NCBI GenBank assembly: GCA_012518815.1
Contig: JAAYRK010000082.1
Location: 2,465 to 66,464, forward strand
Origin: Candidatus Epulonipiscium sp.
GTDB lineage: Bacteria; Bacillota; Clostridia; Lachnospirales; Defluviitaleaceae
Length of the DNA: 64,000 nt
Direction: 5' to 3'
Shown in pieces: positions 27,848 through 38,247 of this stretch. Under the pieces are notes generated by a model. The model did no database searches. It had not been told where the DNA came from and saw only the letters and a program-made list of their open reading frames with translations. Both the position numbers and the translations under genes were made by a program. Numbering within the stretch: position 1 is the first letter of the stretch; every line of letters begins with the position of its first letter.

Positions 27848-29425
27848 ATGAAAAAGAGAGTTTTTTGTTTTTTATTTGCAATTATATTATCCTTTTTATA
27901 TTCTTATCCAACAAATCTAGCTTATGCTCAATTTACTAATATTGTTAATCCTTATGAAGCAATTACGTATTCTAAAATGTTAGAATACATTAATAACTTA
28001 GAAAAAAATTTTGATGACTTAGTAGATGTAGAAGTAATTGGTAAGTCTTTAGACCAAAGAGATATTATTCTTGTTAAAGTTGGAAAAGGCGATACTCTTA
28101 TACATATTAATGGAAGTATGCATGCCAGGGAAAGAATAACAACAAATATTATATTAAAAAATATAGAAGATTACTGTAATGCCTATGTGAATTACAGCAG
28201 TATAAGTGGATATAATGTTAGAGATATCTTAGATAAGGTAACCATTTACTATGTACCTATGGTAAATCCTGACGGAGTAGATTACACGATATTAGGTAAA
28301 GAAAGTATTAGAGACCCTTATTTAAAAGCTACTATTGATTCTATTTACCGTTCTCCTCAAGCTGGTTGGAATCATAGCTCCAATAACTGGAAAGCTAATA
28401 TAGGAGGAGTCGATTTAAATAGACAGTGGGATTCTGACTGGGATAAAAATCTTAAATATGACCCAGGAAAACCTGCCAATGCATTTTATAAAGGATCAAC
28501 ACCCTTATCAGAACCTGAAGCAAAGGCAATCTATCAATTAACTATTGATAATCCCTTTGTGATTCACGTAGCATACCATACCCAAGGTAAGATTTTTTAT
28601 TGGTGTAAAAATCAAAAAGGAAATCTGTTAAATCAATCAATTAATATTTCTAAAAAAATTACAGCCCTAACAGGCTTTAATCCAGTTCCTTCTTTAAATT
28701 ATAATAGCTATTTTGAAAGTTACGCAGGCTACACCGATTGGACTGTAGATGAACTAAAAAAACCTGGTTTTACTATGGAATTTGCATCAAATCCTTATAC
28801 TGAAAAAGACTTTGATTCAATCTATAAACCTGCAAAAGCCCTAGGACTTCTTTTTGCTCAAGAAGCCTATAACTTAAGATTTTCTTATAATACAGATGTC
28901 TATGTTGATAATAAACTAACACAAGTTTTTGAAAATGAAGAAGATGCAAGAGCATTCATAGCAAAATATACTAATCAAGATTCTGCCATTAAAATTGTTA
29001 AAAATGGAAATATCCTTTATTCTAATGAACCTTTTTCTCATGAAAATATACTTACTATTTCCAATGATTTTGTGAGCCATATGTACAACTATAATTATCA
29101 AAATAATAATGACGAGTGGAAAGAATTATTATCCCAATACATTCCAGAAACAGGTTTATATGTTAATCATGAGCTTGTTTCAGTAGATGACCTTATAAAT
29201 AAAAGAGAAAAAGAAAAAGTTGTTGTCACAGCAAGCTTTAGTTCAGATAGTAACTCAATAAGCAAAGACCTAAATAATATCTACACTATAAAAGGTAAAA
29301 TTGACTACACTTATTCATCTAAGAATAACAAAGAAGAAAATCTTTCAAAATCTATTATTTTATCTATTTATATTGATGAACAATCAAATCCTTATATTCT
29401 CTCAATAGTTGAAGAAGATATCTAA
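27848..29425 (+). CDS. M14-family zinc carboxypeptidase (gamma-D-glutamyl-diamino acid peptidase-like), secreted
   Basis: It has a signal peptide, an HxxE motif (GSMHARERITTN), NPDG and a distal His (VAYHTQG). A roughly 190-aa C-terminal extension has no recognisable family. Confidence 0.8.
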   Translation: MKKRVFCFLFAIILSFLYSYPTNLAYAQFTNIVNPYEAITYSKMLEYINNLEKNFDDLVDVEVIGKSLDQRDIILVKVGKGDTLIHINGSMHARERITTNIILKNIEDYCNAYVNYSSISGYNVRDILDKVTIYYVPMVNPDGVDYTILGKESIRDPYLKATIDSIYRSPQAGWNHSSNNWKANIGGVDLNRQWDSDWDKNLKYDPGKPANAFYKGSTPLSEPEAKAIYQLTIDNPFVIHVAYHTQGKIFYWCKNQKGNLLNQSINISKKITALTGFNPVPSLNYNSYFESYAGYTDWTVDELKKPGFTMEFASNPYTEKDFDSIYKPAKALGLLFAQEAYNLRFSYNTDVYVDNKLTQVFENEEDARAFIAKYTNQDSAIKIVKNGNILYSNEPFSHENILTISNDFVSHMYNYNYQNNNDEWKELLSQYIPETGLYVNHELVSVDDLINKREKEKVVVTASFSSDSNSISKDLNNIYTIKGKIDYTYSSKNNKEENLSKSIILSIYIDEQSNPYILSIVEEDI

Positions 29426-29427
29426 AT

Positions 29428-29456
29428 AAAAAAAGCTAGGTTATCCTAGCTTTTTT
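29428..29456. terminator. Bidirectional terminator (M14 peptidase / DUF1015 gene)
   Basis: aaaaaaagctagg-ttat-cctagctttttt. Confidence 0.85.
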
Positions 29457-29467
29457 ATTATTTAGAA

Positions 29468-30715
29468 TTATTCTAATGAATGAATAAAAATACCACTTCT
29501 TAGTTTTGGCTCAAACCAAGTCGATTTTGGTGGCATAATTTTATCTGCATCAGCGATATCCATTAAATCCTCTATACTAGTTGGATACATTGAAAAAGCA
29601 ATCTTCATATCGGAATCTGCTCTTCTTTCTAATTCTTTTAAACCTCTTATACCTCCAATAAAATCAATCCTGTTATCTGTTCTTGGATCTTTAATGCCTA
29701 GTATAGGACCTAATAAATTGTTTTGTAGGATAGAAACATCTAGTCTTTCTACTGGATCTTCTTCATTAAAGCTGCCGGCTTTTGCAGTTAATCTATACCA
29801 ACTTTTATTTATGTACATTCCAAACTCATGTTTAACTTTAGGTTTGTAAGGCTTGTTTTCTTCTAATTTTTCTACTATAAATTTATCAGCTATAAGTTTA
29901 AAATATTCTTCTTCACTAAGTCCGTTTAGGTCTTTAACAACTCTGTTATATTCCATAATATGAAGTTGTTCATCAGGAAATAAAACAGCTAAAAAGAAAT
30001 TAAATTCTTCATCTCCAATATAACTGCCAGCTTCTTTTCTTCTTTTTAAACCTACCCTTACTGCAGAAGCAGTACGATGATGACCATCAGCTATATACAA
30101 ATAATTTATTTCACTAAAAAAATTACTTATTTGTTTTATTATATTATCATCATCAATAACCCAAACCATTTGCCGAACTTCATCTTCTGCTGTAAAATCA
30201 TATACTGGCTCGTGACTATTCATCCAGTCTTCTACAAGATTATTAATTTCTTTTTTTGAACGGTATGTTAAAAATATAGGACCAGTATTGGCATTACAAT
30301 AATCAACATGATTAATTCGGTCTTGTTCTTTATCTTCCCGAGTTAACTCGTGTTTTTTTATAGTATTGTTCAAATATTCATCAATAGAAGCACAACCTAC
30401 TATACCTGTCTGCTCTCTACCTTCCATGATTAATTTATAAATATAGAAACAAGAAGAATCCTCTAAAAGATATATTTCATCCTCAATCATTTTATTTAAA
30501 TTATCTCTTGCTTTTTCATAAACTTTCTTGTCATATAAATCAATGGACGGATCTAAATCAATTTCTGCCTTATCAACATGTAAAAATGAATAAGGATTGC
30601 CAACTACCATTTTTCTTGCTTCCTCACTGCTCATTACATCATAAGGCAAAGCTGCAACTTTATGAACTAATTCTTTTTGGGGGCGAAGTGCTCTAAAAGG
30701 TCTAAGAATAGCCAT
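29468..30715 (-). CDS. DUF1015 domain protein
   Basis: 415 aa. The MAILRPFRALRP N-terminus and YIADGHHR motif are typical of DUF1015. Confidence 0.8.
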   Translation of the reverse strand: MAILRPFRALRPQKELVHKVAALPYDVMSSEEARKMVVGNPYSFLHVDKAEIDLDPSIDLYDKKVYEKARDNLNKMIEDEIYLLEDSSCFYIYKLIMEGREQTGIVGCASIDEYLNNTIKKHELTREDKEQDRINHVDYCNANTGPIFLTYRSKKEINNLVEDWMNSHEPVYDFTAEDEVRQMVWVIDDDNIIKQISNFFSEINYLYIADGHHRTASAVRVGLKRRKEAGSYIGDEEFNFFLAVLFPDEQLHIMEYNRVVKDLNGLSEEEYFKLIADKFIVEKLEENKPYKPKVKHEFGMYINKSWYRLTAKAGSFNEEDPVERLDVSILQNNLLGPILGIKDPRTDNRIDFIGGIRGLKELERRADSDMKIAFSMYPTSIEDLMDIADADKIMPPKSTWFEPKLRSGIFIHSLE

Positions 30716-30735
30716 TTCATTCCTCCTTATTATTT

Positions 30736-30763
30736 AAAAACTTCCGCCAAAGGCGGAAGTTTT
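30736..30763 (-). terminator. Rho-independent terminator of the hydrogenase operon
   Basis: aaaa-cttccgcc-aaa-ggcggaag-tttt. Confidence 0.85.
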
Positions 30764-30769
30764 ATAATT

Positions 30770-32530
30770 TTATACTCTGTCTTTTGGAGTATATGATGTA
30801 TGAAGAAGTGCATGTGCTTTTTCACTCATTGGATGTCCTAAATAAGTTTCATACAATTCTTTGATAGCAGGATTTTCGTGAGATTTTCTAATTGGTTTTC
30901 CTGCATCCTCACGGTAAATAGCTTCTGCACGTTTTTTGATTATTTCCATATTTCCATGGTGGTAAGGCTGTCCTCCACCGCCGACACATCCTCCAGGACA
31001 AGCCATGATTTCTATTGCATGAAGATTTCGAGGATTGCCTGATTTTACTTCTTCTAAAAGAGCACGTGCATTTCCTAAGCCATGAGCAATACCTATATTA
31101 AGGTCTAAATCTCCCATTTTAACTGTTGCTACACGAACCCCATCCATACCTCTTAATTGTTCAAAATCAACTTTATCTAATTCTTTTCCTGTAAATAATT
31201 CATACGCTGTTCTTGTTGCTGCCTCGATAACTCCTCCAGTTGCACCGAAAATAACCGCAGCACCTGTTGATTCTCCTAAAGGCATATCAAATTCTTCATC
31301 TTCCAAATTATTAAAGTCAATATTTGCTTTTTTAATTAAATGAGCTAATTCTCTAGTAGAAATTGAAACATCAACATCAGGATTTCCATCTACTGTGAAT
31401 TCTTCTCTGGAAGATTCATATTTTTTAGCTAAACAAGGCATAACAGATACAACAACCATTTTTTCTCTAGGTATGCCTAATTTTTCAGCATAATAAGACT
31501 TTGCAATTGAACCAAACATCTGTTGAGGTGACTTTGCACTAGAAGGTACATCCAATAAATCTTGAAATTGACTTTCAATGAAGTTTACCCATCCAGGACA
31601 ACATGATGTAAGGATTGGAAGTTTTACAGTTTTATCTCCGTCTAAGAATCTCTTAATACGGTCTAATAATTCTGTTCCTTCTTCCATAATAGTTAAGTCA
31701 GCTGCAAAATCAGTATCAAAAACATAATCAAATCCTAATCTTCTAAGTGCAGCAACCATTTTACCAGTTACTAGGCTACCTGGTTGCATACCAAATTCTT
31801 CTCCTAATGCTGCTCTAACAGCAGGTGCAGTTTGTACCACAACAACCTTTTCAGGGTCAGCTAAAGCTTCTACAACAGACCAAGTAAGATTTTCTTCGCT
31901 AAGTGCCCCTACAGGACAAACAGCAACACATTGACCACAGTGAGTACATACAGAATCTTCTAAATTAACTTCAAAAGCAGGTGCAACTACAGCATTAAAT
32001 CCTCTATTAATACCTGATAATGCTCCAACGGTTTGAACATCATTACACATAGTTTCACAACGTCTACACATAATACACTTATCCATATCACGGATAATTG
32101 TTTTAGAATAATCTTTTCTATAAGTTGATTGTGATCCATCAAATCTTACTTTTCTTAAGCCAAATCTTTCAGCCATATCTTGTAGTTCACAATCACCTGA
32201 CTTAGAACAAACTAAACAATCCTTTGGATGGTCTGATAATAATAACTCTAATACTATTCTTCTAGCATTTAATACACGAATGGTATTAGTTCTTACTACC
32301 ATACCGTCAAATACAGGTGTTGCACAAGCAGGAGCTAAATTTCTTCTGCCTTCTACTTCAACAACACAAATTCTACAAGAAGCTGCTTTATTTACCATCT
32401 TAATATCATGTAAATCAAGATGACATAAAGTAGGTATATCTATTCCAATCTTATGAGCTGCTTGTAAAACCGTACTTCCCTCAGGAACTTCAACCTGTTT
32501 ACCATCAATTGTAACTTTAATATCTGCCAT
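30770..32530 (-). CDS. hydA: [FeFe]-hydrogenase catalytic subunit HydA (bifurcating HydABC/Hnd type)
   Basis: 586 aa with an N-terminal 2Fe-2S and several 4Fe-4S motifs. All three canonical H-cluster motifs are present: LTSCCPGW, VMPCLAKKYE and EIMACPGGCVGGGGQP. Confidence 0.93.
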   Translation of the reverse strand: MADIKVTIDGKQVEVPEGSTVLQAAHKIGIDIPTLCHLDLHDIKMVNKAASCRICVVEVEGRRNLAPACATPVFDGMVVRTNTIRVLNARRIVLELLLSDHPKDCLVCSKSGDCELQDMAERFGLRKVRFDGSQSTYRKDYSKTIIRDMDKCIMCRRCETMCNDVQTVGALSGINRGFNAVVAPAFEVNLEDSVCTHCGQCVAVCPVGALSEENLTWSVVEALADPEKVVVVQTAPAVRAALGEEFGMQPGSLVTGKMVAALRRLGFDYVFDTDFAADLTIMEEGTELLDRIKRFLDGDKTVKLPILTSCCPGWVNFIESQFQDLLDVPSSAKSPQQMFGSIAKSYYAEKLGIPREKMVVVSVMPCLAKKYESSREEFTVDGNPDVDVSISTRELAHLIKKANIDFNNLEDEEFDMPLGESTGAAVIFGATGGVIEAATRTAYELFTGKELDKVDFEQLRGMDGVRVATVKMGDLDLNIGIAHGLGNARALLEEVKSGNPRNLHAIEIMACPGGCVGGGGQPYHHGNMEIIKKRAEAIYREDAGKPIRKSHENPAIKELYETYLGHPMSEKAHALLHTSYTPKDRV

Positions 32531-32552
32531 TGGGTTTTACACTCCTTTACTA

Positions 32553-34346
32553 TTATTTCTTGATAATTGCGGAGAATTTACATTTATCATAACAAGCACC
32601 GCATTTAATACATTTATCTTGATCAATTACATGAACTGATTTCACTTTACCAGAAATTGCTTCAACAGGACATACTCTGGAACAAGCTGTACAACCGATA
32701 CATTTTTCTTCAAGAATGAAATACTTAAGTAAATCTGTACATTGGCCCGCAGGACATCTGTTTTCCTTAACATGAGCAACATATTCGTCCCAGAAAGTTT
32801 CTATAGTAGAAAGTACTGGATTAGGTGCAGTTTGTCCTAAACCACAAAGAGCAGTATCTCTAATGGTTTCACTTAGAACTTTTAACATTTCTAAATCTTC
32901 CATTGTTGCTTGGCCCTTTGTAACCTTGTCTAACAGCTCAGACAAACGTTTTGTTCCAATTCTACAAGGAGTACATTTACCACAGGATTCATCTTCAGTA
33001 AATTCCAAGTAGAATTTTGCAACACTAGGCATACAATCATCTTCGTCCATAACAATCATACCACCAGAGCCCATCATTGAACCCTTAGCAAGTAAGTTGT
33101 CAAAATCAATTGGAGTATCTAAATCTTCTTCAGTTAAGCAACCGCCTGAAGGTCCTCCTGTTTGAACTGCTTTAAATCTCTTACCGTCTTTAATTCCGCC
33201 ACCAATATCAAATATAACTTCTCTTAAAGTAGTACCCATAGGAACTTCAATAAGACCTACGTTATTAATTTTACCAGCTAAAGCAAATACTTTAGTACCC
33301 TTAGATTTTTCAGTACCAATAGTTTGGAACCAATCTGCTCCTTTTAGAAGAATTACAGGAACGTTAGCAAAGGTTTCAACGTTATTAACATTTGTAGGTT
33401 TGCCCCAATAACCAGATTCAGCAGGGAATGGAGGTTTTGTAGTGGGTTCTCCTCTTTCTCCTTCCATAGAATGAATAAGAGCTGTTTCTTCACCGCAGAC
33501 AAAAGCTCCTGCACCATACTTAATTTCGATATCAAAATCAAAACCAGAATCTAATATATTTTTACCAAGGAGTCCGTATTCTCTAGCATCCTTAATCGCT
33601 TTTTCAAGACGTTTAACAGCTAAAGGATACTCTGCACGGATATATACTAATCCTTTATCTGCACCAATAGCATAACCACAAATAGCCATTGCTTCAACAA
33701 TTGAATGAGGGTCTCCTTCTAATATAGAACGGTCCATAAATGCACCAGGGTCTCCCTCGTCAGCATTACAAACTACGTACTTTTGGTCGCCTTTATTTTT
33801 ACGTGCAAATTCCCACTTAAGTCCTGTAGGGAATCCACCACCACCACGTCCTCTTAAGCCAGATTTTTTCATTTCTTCAATAACAAGCTCAGGAGTCATT
33901 TCTACTAAAGCTTTTCCTAAAGCTTGATAACCATCTCTTGCAATATACTCTTCAATATTGTCAGGATCGATAAAACCACAATTTCTAAGAGCTACACGCA
34001 TTTGTTTTTTATAGAATTCCATGTGTTTAGAATCATCAATAGATTTTTCGGTGCTAGGCTCTTTATATAATAATTTATCTACTTTTCTTCCCTTAACTAA
34101 ATGTTCTTTTACAATTATTTCAGCGTCTTCAGGCTTAACTTGTACATAAAAAGTATTGTCAGGAAGAATTTTTACTATAGGACCTTTTTCACAAAAACCA
34201 AAACAACCTGTCTTTAAAACTTGAATATCATTTTCCAGACCATTTTCTTTTATATGATTTTTAAGATTGTCTACAATCTGTAAAGAGTTAGAAGAAACAC
34301 ATCCTGTTCCACCGCATACTAACACATGCATTTTATATCTGGACAT
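32553..34346 (-). CDS. hydB: NuoF-like flavoprotein subunit HydB/HndC (NAD(P)H-binding, FMN, Fe-S)
   Basis: 597 aa with GRGGGGFPTG, VCNADEGDPGAF, the SCGKCTPCR N3-cluster motif and two C-terminal CxxCxxCxxxCP ferredoxin motifs. Confidence 0.92.
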   Translation of the reverse strand: MSRYKMHVLVCGGTGCVSSNSLQIVDNLKNHIKENGLENDIQVLKTGCFGFCEKGPIVKILPDNTFYVQVKPEDAEIIVKEHLVKGRKVDKLLYKEPSTEKSIDDSKHMEFYKKQMRVALRNCGFIDPDNIEEYIARDGYQALGKALVEMTPELVIEEMKKSGLRGRGGGGFPTGLKWEFARKNKGDQKYVVCNADEGDPGAFMDRSILEGDPHSIVEAMAICGYAIGADKGLVYIRAEYPLAVKRLEKAIKDAREYGLLGKNILDSGFDFDIEIKYGAGAFVCGEETALIHSMEGERGEPTTKPPFPAESGYWGKPTNVNNVETFANVPVILLKGADWFQTIGTEKSKGTKVFALAGKINNVGLIEVPMGTTLREVIFDIGGGIKDGKRFKAVQTGGPSGGCLTEEDLDTPIDFDNLLAKGSMMGSGGMIVMDEDDCMPSVAKFYLEFTEDESCGKCTPCRIGTKRLSELLDKVTKGQATMEDLEMLKVLSETIRDTALCGLGQTAPNPVLSTIETFWDEYVAHVKENRCPAGQCTDLLKYFILEEKCIGCTACSRVCPVEAISGKVKSVHVIDQDKCIKCGACYDKCKFSAIIKK

Positions 34347-34369
34347 TACGAAAAGCCTCCTTTTTACTA

Positions 34370-34768
34370 TTAATCGTCTACAGTCTTATGAGTTACAGGG
34401 ATAATGCCATCTAATAATTCCCCATTAATAATATATTTTTCTAAGATTTCTACTGCTCTTTCTTTATTTACTTCACCAAATACAACAGGGTCTTTACCGG
34501 GAATAGTTACTTCTATTGTAGGTTCTGCATAACAATATCCCATACAACCAGTTTGAGATATAACTACATTATCTAACCTTCTATTAGTTACTTCATCAAC
34601 TAAAGTATTCATAACGTCTCTGGCTCCTGACGCAATACCGCAAGTTGCCATGGCTACACGAACTTGAATCATTTTTTCAATTTGGTCGCCTTTTTCTCTG
34701 ATATCTACTTTAGACTTATATTGTTCACGCAATTGTCTTAATTCATCTAAAGATTTGATTTTACCCAT
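34370..34768 (-). CDS. Thioredoxin-like [2Fe-2S] ferredoxin subunit (HndB-like)
   Basis: ATCGIASGA ... TGCMGYCYAEP is present. I prefer the start at MGKIKSL (34768, RBS AGGAGGAAGG); the track start is 34789. Confidence 0.8.
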   Translation of the reverse strand: MGKIKSLDELRQLREQYKSKVDIREKGDQIEKMIQVRVAMATCGIASGARDVMNTLVDEVTNRRLDNVVISQTGCMGYCYAEPTIEVTIPGKDPVVFGEVNKERAVEILEKYIINGELLDGIIPVTHKTVDD

Positions 34769-34781
34769 GTCCTTCCTCCTA

Positions 34782-35273
34782 TTATTCATATTCTTTTAGA
34801 ATTGATTTAACTTGGTCCGGAGTAACACGACCATATACTTTCTCTCCAACTAAAACAACTGGTGCTAATCCACAAGCCCCTACGCAACGTAATGCATCAA
34901 GAGAAAACTTGCCATCAGCAGTTGTTTCTCCTACCTCAATATTAAGAGCTCTTTTAAATTCATCTAATACCTTCTCAGCACCTCTAACATAACATGCTGT
35001 ACCCATACAAACAGAAATAGGATGTTCTCCTTTTGGAATCATTGTAAAAAATGAATAGAAACTAACAATTCCATATACTTTAGATACAGGTATTTCTAAT
35101 TTGTTTGCAACAAACTGTTGTACTTCTCTTGGAAGATATCCAAATATTTCTTGAGCCTTGTGTAATACTGAAATAACAGCTCCAGTTTTTTCATCTAAAT
35201 CATTAATAAATTGTTCTAATTCACGAAAACCACGCTCTGACAATTTATTAGTACAAGTTTCGCAATTAGACAT
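34782..35273 (-). CDS. hydC: NuoE-like [2Fe-2S] subunit HydC/HndA
   Basis: 163 aa with CMGTACYVRGA ... CVGACGLAP. Confidence 0.9.
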   Translation of the reverse strand: MSNCETCTNKLSERGFRELEQFINDLDEKTGAVISVLHKAQEIFGYLPREVQQFVANKLEIPVSKVYGIVSFYSFFTMIPKGEHPISVCMGTACYVRGAEKVLDEFKRALNIEVGETTADGKFSLDALRCVGACGLAPVVLVGEKVYGRVTPDQVKSILKEYE

Positions 35274-35441
35274 TTCCCTTCCCCTTTCTTATAGTTAATA
35301 TAATAATCAAACTTCGAAATCTTTAAGATACGAAGTGATTTTGTTAAATGGGTTTAATGTATACAATATAATCTAAAAATAACACATGTCCAAGTACATT
35401 GTCAATATAATAACATAAATAATAATATTTTTCCATTGATT

Positions 35442-36140
35442 CTAATTCAACGCTTCAATTACTTTGGCAATAGATTTCTCTGATAATTCTATGGAATACT
35501 CTCTTTCTGATATATCTGGCAAATAATGTGCATCTGAAGATATAATGATATTTAAAGAACAGTATTCTGACATATATTTATCAAAATCAGCATTTTTTGA
35601 TATTTCAATAGTATTAATAGATAAATCTTCAGGAATCCATCCTAAGTTTGAAATAATGCTATAAGAATTTCTATCAATATGAGCAGGATATGTGGCACCT
35701 TTAAAACTAGCAACATATTTAACTACATCATAAACACTTAATGATGTAGCCGTAAGCAGCAACCTGTCATTTTCTCCAATCACTTCTTCAAATTCATTAA
35801 CAATTAACTGCCTTCCAAATATATCCCTTCTATTTTTTAAAGGTGGAAGACTATTGTATACTATTTCTTGCATTTCTTTTGCAGCTTCCAGACTTGGAAA
35901 CAAACAAACCATATGTACCTCTTCAGATGTTTCTATCTCCATTCCAGGAATAACTAATAAATTGCTATCTTGAGCTACTTTCATAACAGCTTCAACATTT
36001 TCACAGCTATTATGATCAGTAATTGCAATCATATCTAATTCCTTTAATAAGGCCATATTAACAATATTATTAGGAGTCATATCTTCATCCCCACAAGGAG
36101 AAAGAGCAGTATGTATATGAAAATCATAATAATATTTCAT
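35442..36140 (-). CDS. PHP (polymerase/histidinol phosphatase) domain protein
   Basis: 232 aa with DFHIHTALSPCGD, ITDHNS and SSDAH metal-binding motifs. Confidence 0.8.
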   Translation of the reverse strand: MKYYYDFHIHTALSPCGDEDMTPNNIVNMALLKELDMIAITDHNSCENVEAVMKVAQDSNLLVIPGMEIETSEEVHMVCLFPSLEAAKEMQEIVYNSLPPLKNRRDIFGRQLIVNEFEEVIGENDRLLLTATSLSVYDVVKYVASFKGATYPAHIDRNSYSIISNLGWIPEDLSINTIEISKNADFDKYMSEYCSLNIIISSDAHYLPDISEREYSIELSEKSIAKVIEALN

Positions 36141-36150
36141 AACTTGTCCC

Positions 36151-36486
36151 TTATTCTATTCCAATTTTTATTAATTCTTTAATTAAATTATACGTGTCCT
36201 TATCCGTTGAAAAAATAGGAATGTTTTCGTTATTAGCTTTTTCAATAGCTTCTTCATCTACATGAGCCCCTTCTGCAACAATAATGCAAGACAAATTAAG
36301 TAAAGAGGCAACTGCTACTATATTTACATGACTTTGAATTGTTATCCAAATAGAACCTTGTTTTGCATTTGCCATAACCCAGCTTAGTAAATCTCCCACA
36401 TAAACCGTAGTTATTTCATTGTCTAAAGCATTTTCTCCAGCAACAATAGATAAATCTAATTTTTCTATTATATCTCTTACTAGCAT
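36151..36486 (-). CDS. DRTGG domain protein
   Basis: 111 aa with VGDLLSWVM ... IVAVASLLNLSCIIVAEG ... ENIPIFST in a DRTGG-like pattern. Confidence 0.7.
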   Translation of the reverse strand: MLVRDIIEKLDLSIVAGENALDNEITTVYVGDLLSWVMANAKQGSIWITIQSHVNIVAVASLLNLSCIIVAEGAHVDEEAIEKANNENIPIFSTDKDTYNLIKELIKIGIE

Positions 36487-36497
36487 TTAATGTCCTC

Positions 36498-37811
36498 CTA
36501 ACTATCATTTTTATTTAATGACGGAGGCATCTTTTGAGCTAAAGCAACCATATCTTCCGCCATTTGCCTAACCTTCATCCTTAACATAAATATACAATCT
36601 TCTATATTGGCATTATTTCTTACAATATCCTCTGCCAAAGCTCGGCAGGTTGGTGCTCCACAAGAGCCACAATCTATTTGTGGAAGCTGTTCGTATATCT
36701 TTTCAAGCTCCTCCATTTTTTTAATTGCTACATTCATATCTTTATCTAAGGTCATGACCGGTTTAGAAATAACCTCTTTATTCCAAGATAAAAATATATC
36801 TTCATAAGATGAGTCGATTTTCTTTTCTATGTTTTCTTTATTAGTATAATTTAAGACTTTTTTTAGCCGATTTTTAGCAACAAAACTATTCTCAACAGTT
36901 AAAGGACCACCTAAACATCCTCCTGTACAAGCCAAACCTTCTATAAAATCTACGTTTTCAAGCTTTCCATTTTCTACTTCTTCAAGGATTTTATTAACAT
37001 TTTCTATTCCATCAACTGCAATATAATTATCAATTCCTAAACCCTTACCTTCTCCTCCTGTCATGGCCCATCTAATTCCCTCACTTGAACTCATTCTAAG
37101 ATTTTCAATATCATCCATCTTTCTTATAAAAGTTGCTAATTTCTTATATACTTCTTTTATAGATAGAACCTTATCCACATAGGATTTCTCAAAACCTATA
37201 GGATTTCTTACATTAGTAGCCTTTGCAGCACAAGGACTTATAAAAAATACTCCTATATCTTTTTCGTCAATTCCTCTTTTAGTCAAATCTTTTTTAACCA
37301 TCCTAGCAGCTACTTCCATAGGAGACAAAAGAGGAAAAATATGATCAATGAGTTCAGGAAATCTTATTTGAATTAATCTAACAATAACAGGACAAGCCGA
37401 AGATATTATTGGCTTTTGAAATGTTGCTTCTTTTATTAATCTTTTGGATTCTTCTGTGACAATTTCTGCTGCTCTTGAAACCTCAAAGACTTCATCAAAT
37501 CCTAGTTTCTTTAGGCCTGTTAAAATTACATTCACATCCAAAACATCTTTAAATTGGGAATATAAAGCCGGAGCAGGAATTGCAACCTTATATTTATATT
37601 CTGATAAGGAATCTAAATTATCTGTAATTGCCTTTTTGGCACGATTCCTACATACTCTTATGCAAAATCCACAATCTATACATCTTTCATCAATAATTTT
37701 TGCTTTTCCATTTCTTACTCTGATGGCTTCAGTTGGACATCTCTTAATACAATCCGTACAACCTACACATTTTTCTTCCCGTAGTGTTACGGAATGTAAA
37801 TATTCCATCAT
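36498..37811 (-). CDS. Putative sensory [FeFe]-hydrogenase-like protein (degenerate H-cluster motifs, extra C-terminal 4-Cys domain)
   Basis: 437 aa with two N-terminal 4Fe-4S motifs (CVGCTDCIKRCP, CIDCGFCIRVC). The H-domain motifs are SSACP (canonical TSCCP), SPCAAK (MPCxxK) and EGLACTGGCLGGP (ExMACxxGCxxGGGQP). The C-terminus has CGSCGAPTC...C. Confidence 0.75.
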   Translation of the reverse strand: MMEYLHSVTLREEKCVGCTDCIKRCPTEAIRVRNGKAKIIDERCIDCGFCIRVCRNRAKKAITDNLDSLSEYKYKVAIPAPALYSQFKDVLDVNVILTGLKKLGFDEVFEVSRAAEIVTEESKRLIKEATFQKPIISSACPVIVRLIQIRFPELIDHIFPLLSPMEVAARMVKKDLTKRGIDEKDIGVFFISPCAAKATNVRNPIGFEKSYVDKVLSIKEVYKKLATFIRKMDDIENLRMSSSEGIRWAMTGGEGKGLGIDNYIAVDGIENVNKILEEVENGKLENVDFIEGLACTGGCLGGPLTVENSFVAKNRLKKVLNYTNKENIEKKIDSSYEDIFLSWNKEVISKPVMTLDKDMNVAIKKMEELEKIYEQLPQIDCGSCGAPTCRALAEDIVRNNANIEDCIFMLRMKVRQMAEDMVALAQKMPPSLNKNDS

Positions 37812-38237
37812 TTAATCACCTTCTCTATTTAAATATACTGTTATTTCTACCTTAGTCCCCTTTCCTAGTTCTGATGATATTTTTAAATCATCACTATATC
37901 TTTTCATATTTGGAAGACCCATACCTGCCCCAAAACCTAATTCTCTTATCTCATCAGATGCCGTAGAATAGCCTTCTTGCATTGCCAATTCAATATCTTT
38001 AATTCCTGGTCCCTCATCTTGAAATAAAATATAAATTTTTTCCGGAGTTATATCTACATCAATACTTCCTCCGTTTGCATGAAGTACCATATTAATTTCT
38101 GCTTCATACATTGCTATGGCAATTTTACGGATAATCGCAGATGAAACACCTAATTGTTTTAATACTTTTTTTACTTGACTCGATGCTTCTCCAGCTAATA
38201 GAAACTCATCTCCGTCTACTGTAAAACTAAGCTTCAT
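37812..38237 (-). CDS. RsbW/SpoIIAB-like HATPase_c protein (anti-sigma-type Ser/Thr kinase fold)
   Basis: 141 aa with an N-box EAEINMVLHA, G1 DEGPGI and G2 GFGAGMGLPN. It has no sensor or DHp domain. Confidence 0.75.
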   Translation of the reverse strand: MKLSFTVDGDEFLLAGEASSQVKKVLKQLGVSSAIIRKIAIAMYEAEINMVLHANGGSIDVDITPEKIYILFQDEGPGIKDIELAMQEGYSTASDEIRELGFGAGMGLPNMKRYSDDLKISSELGKGTKVEITVYLNREGD

Positions 38238-38247
38238 ATACTTCCTC

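Noticed and set aside
35339-35356. Possible Rex operator (TTGTTAAATGGGTTTAAT) in front of hydC.
   Set aside because: Only the left half-site matches TTGTTAA-N4-TTAACAA. The right half matches at 2-3 of 7 positions, which is not enough to call.
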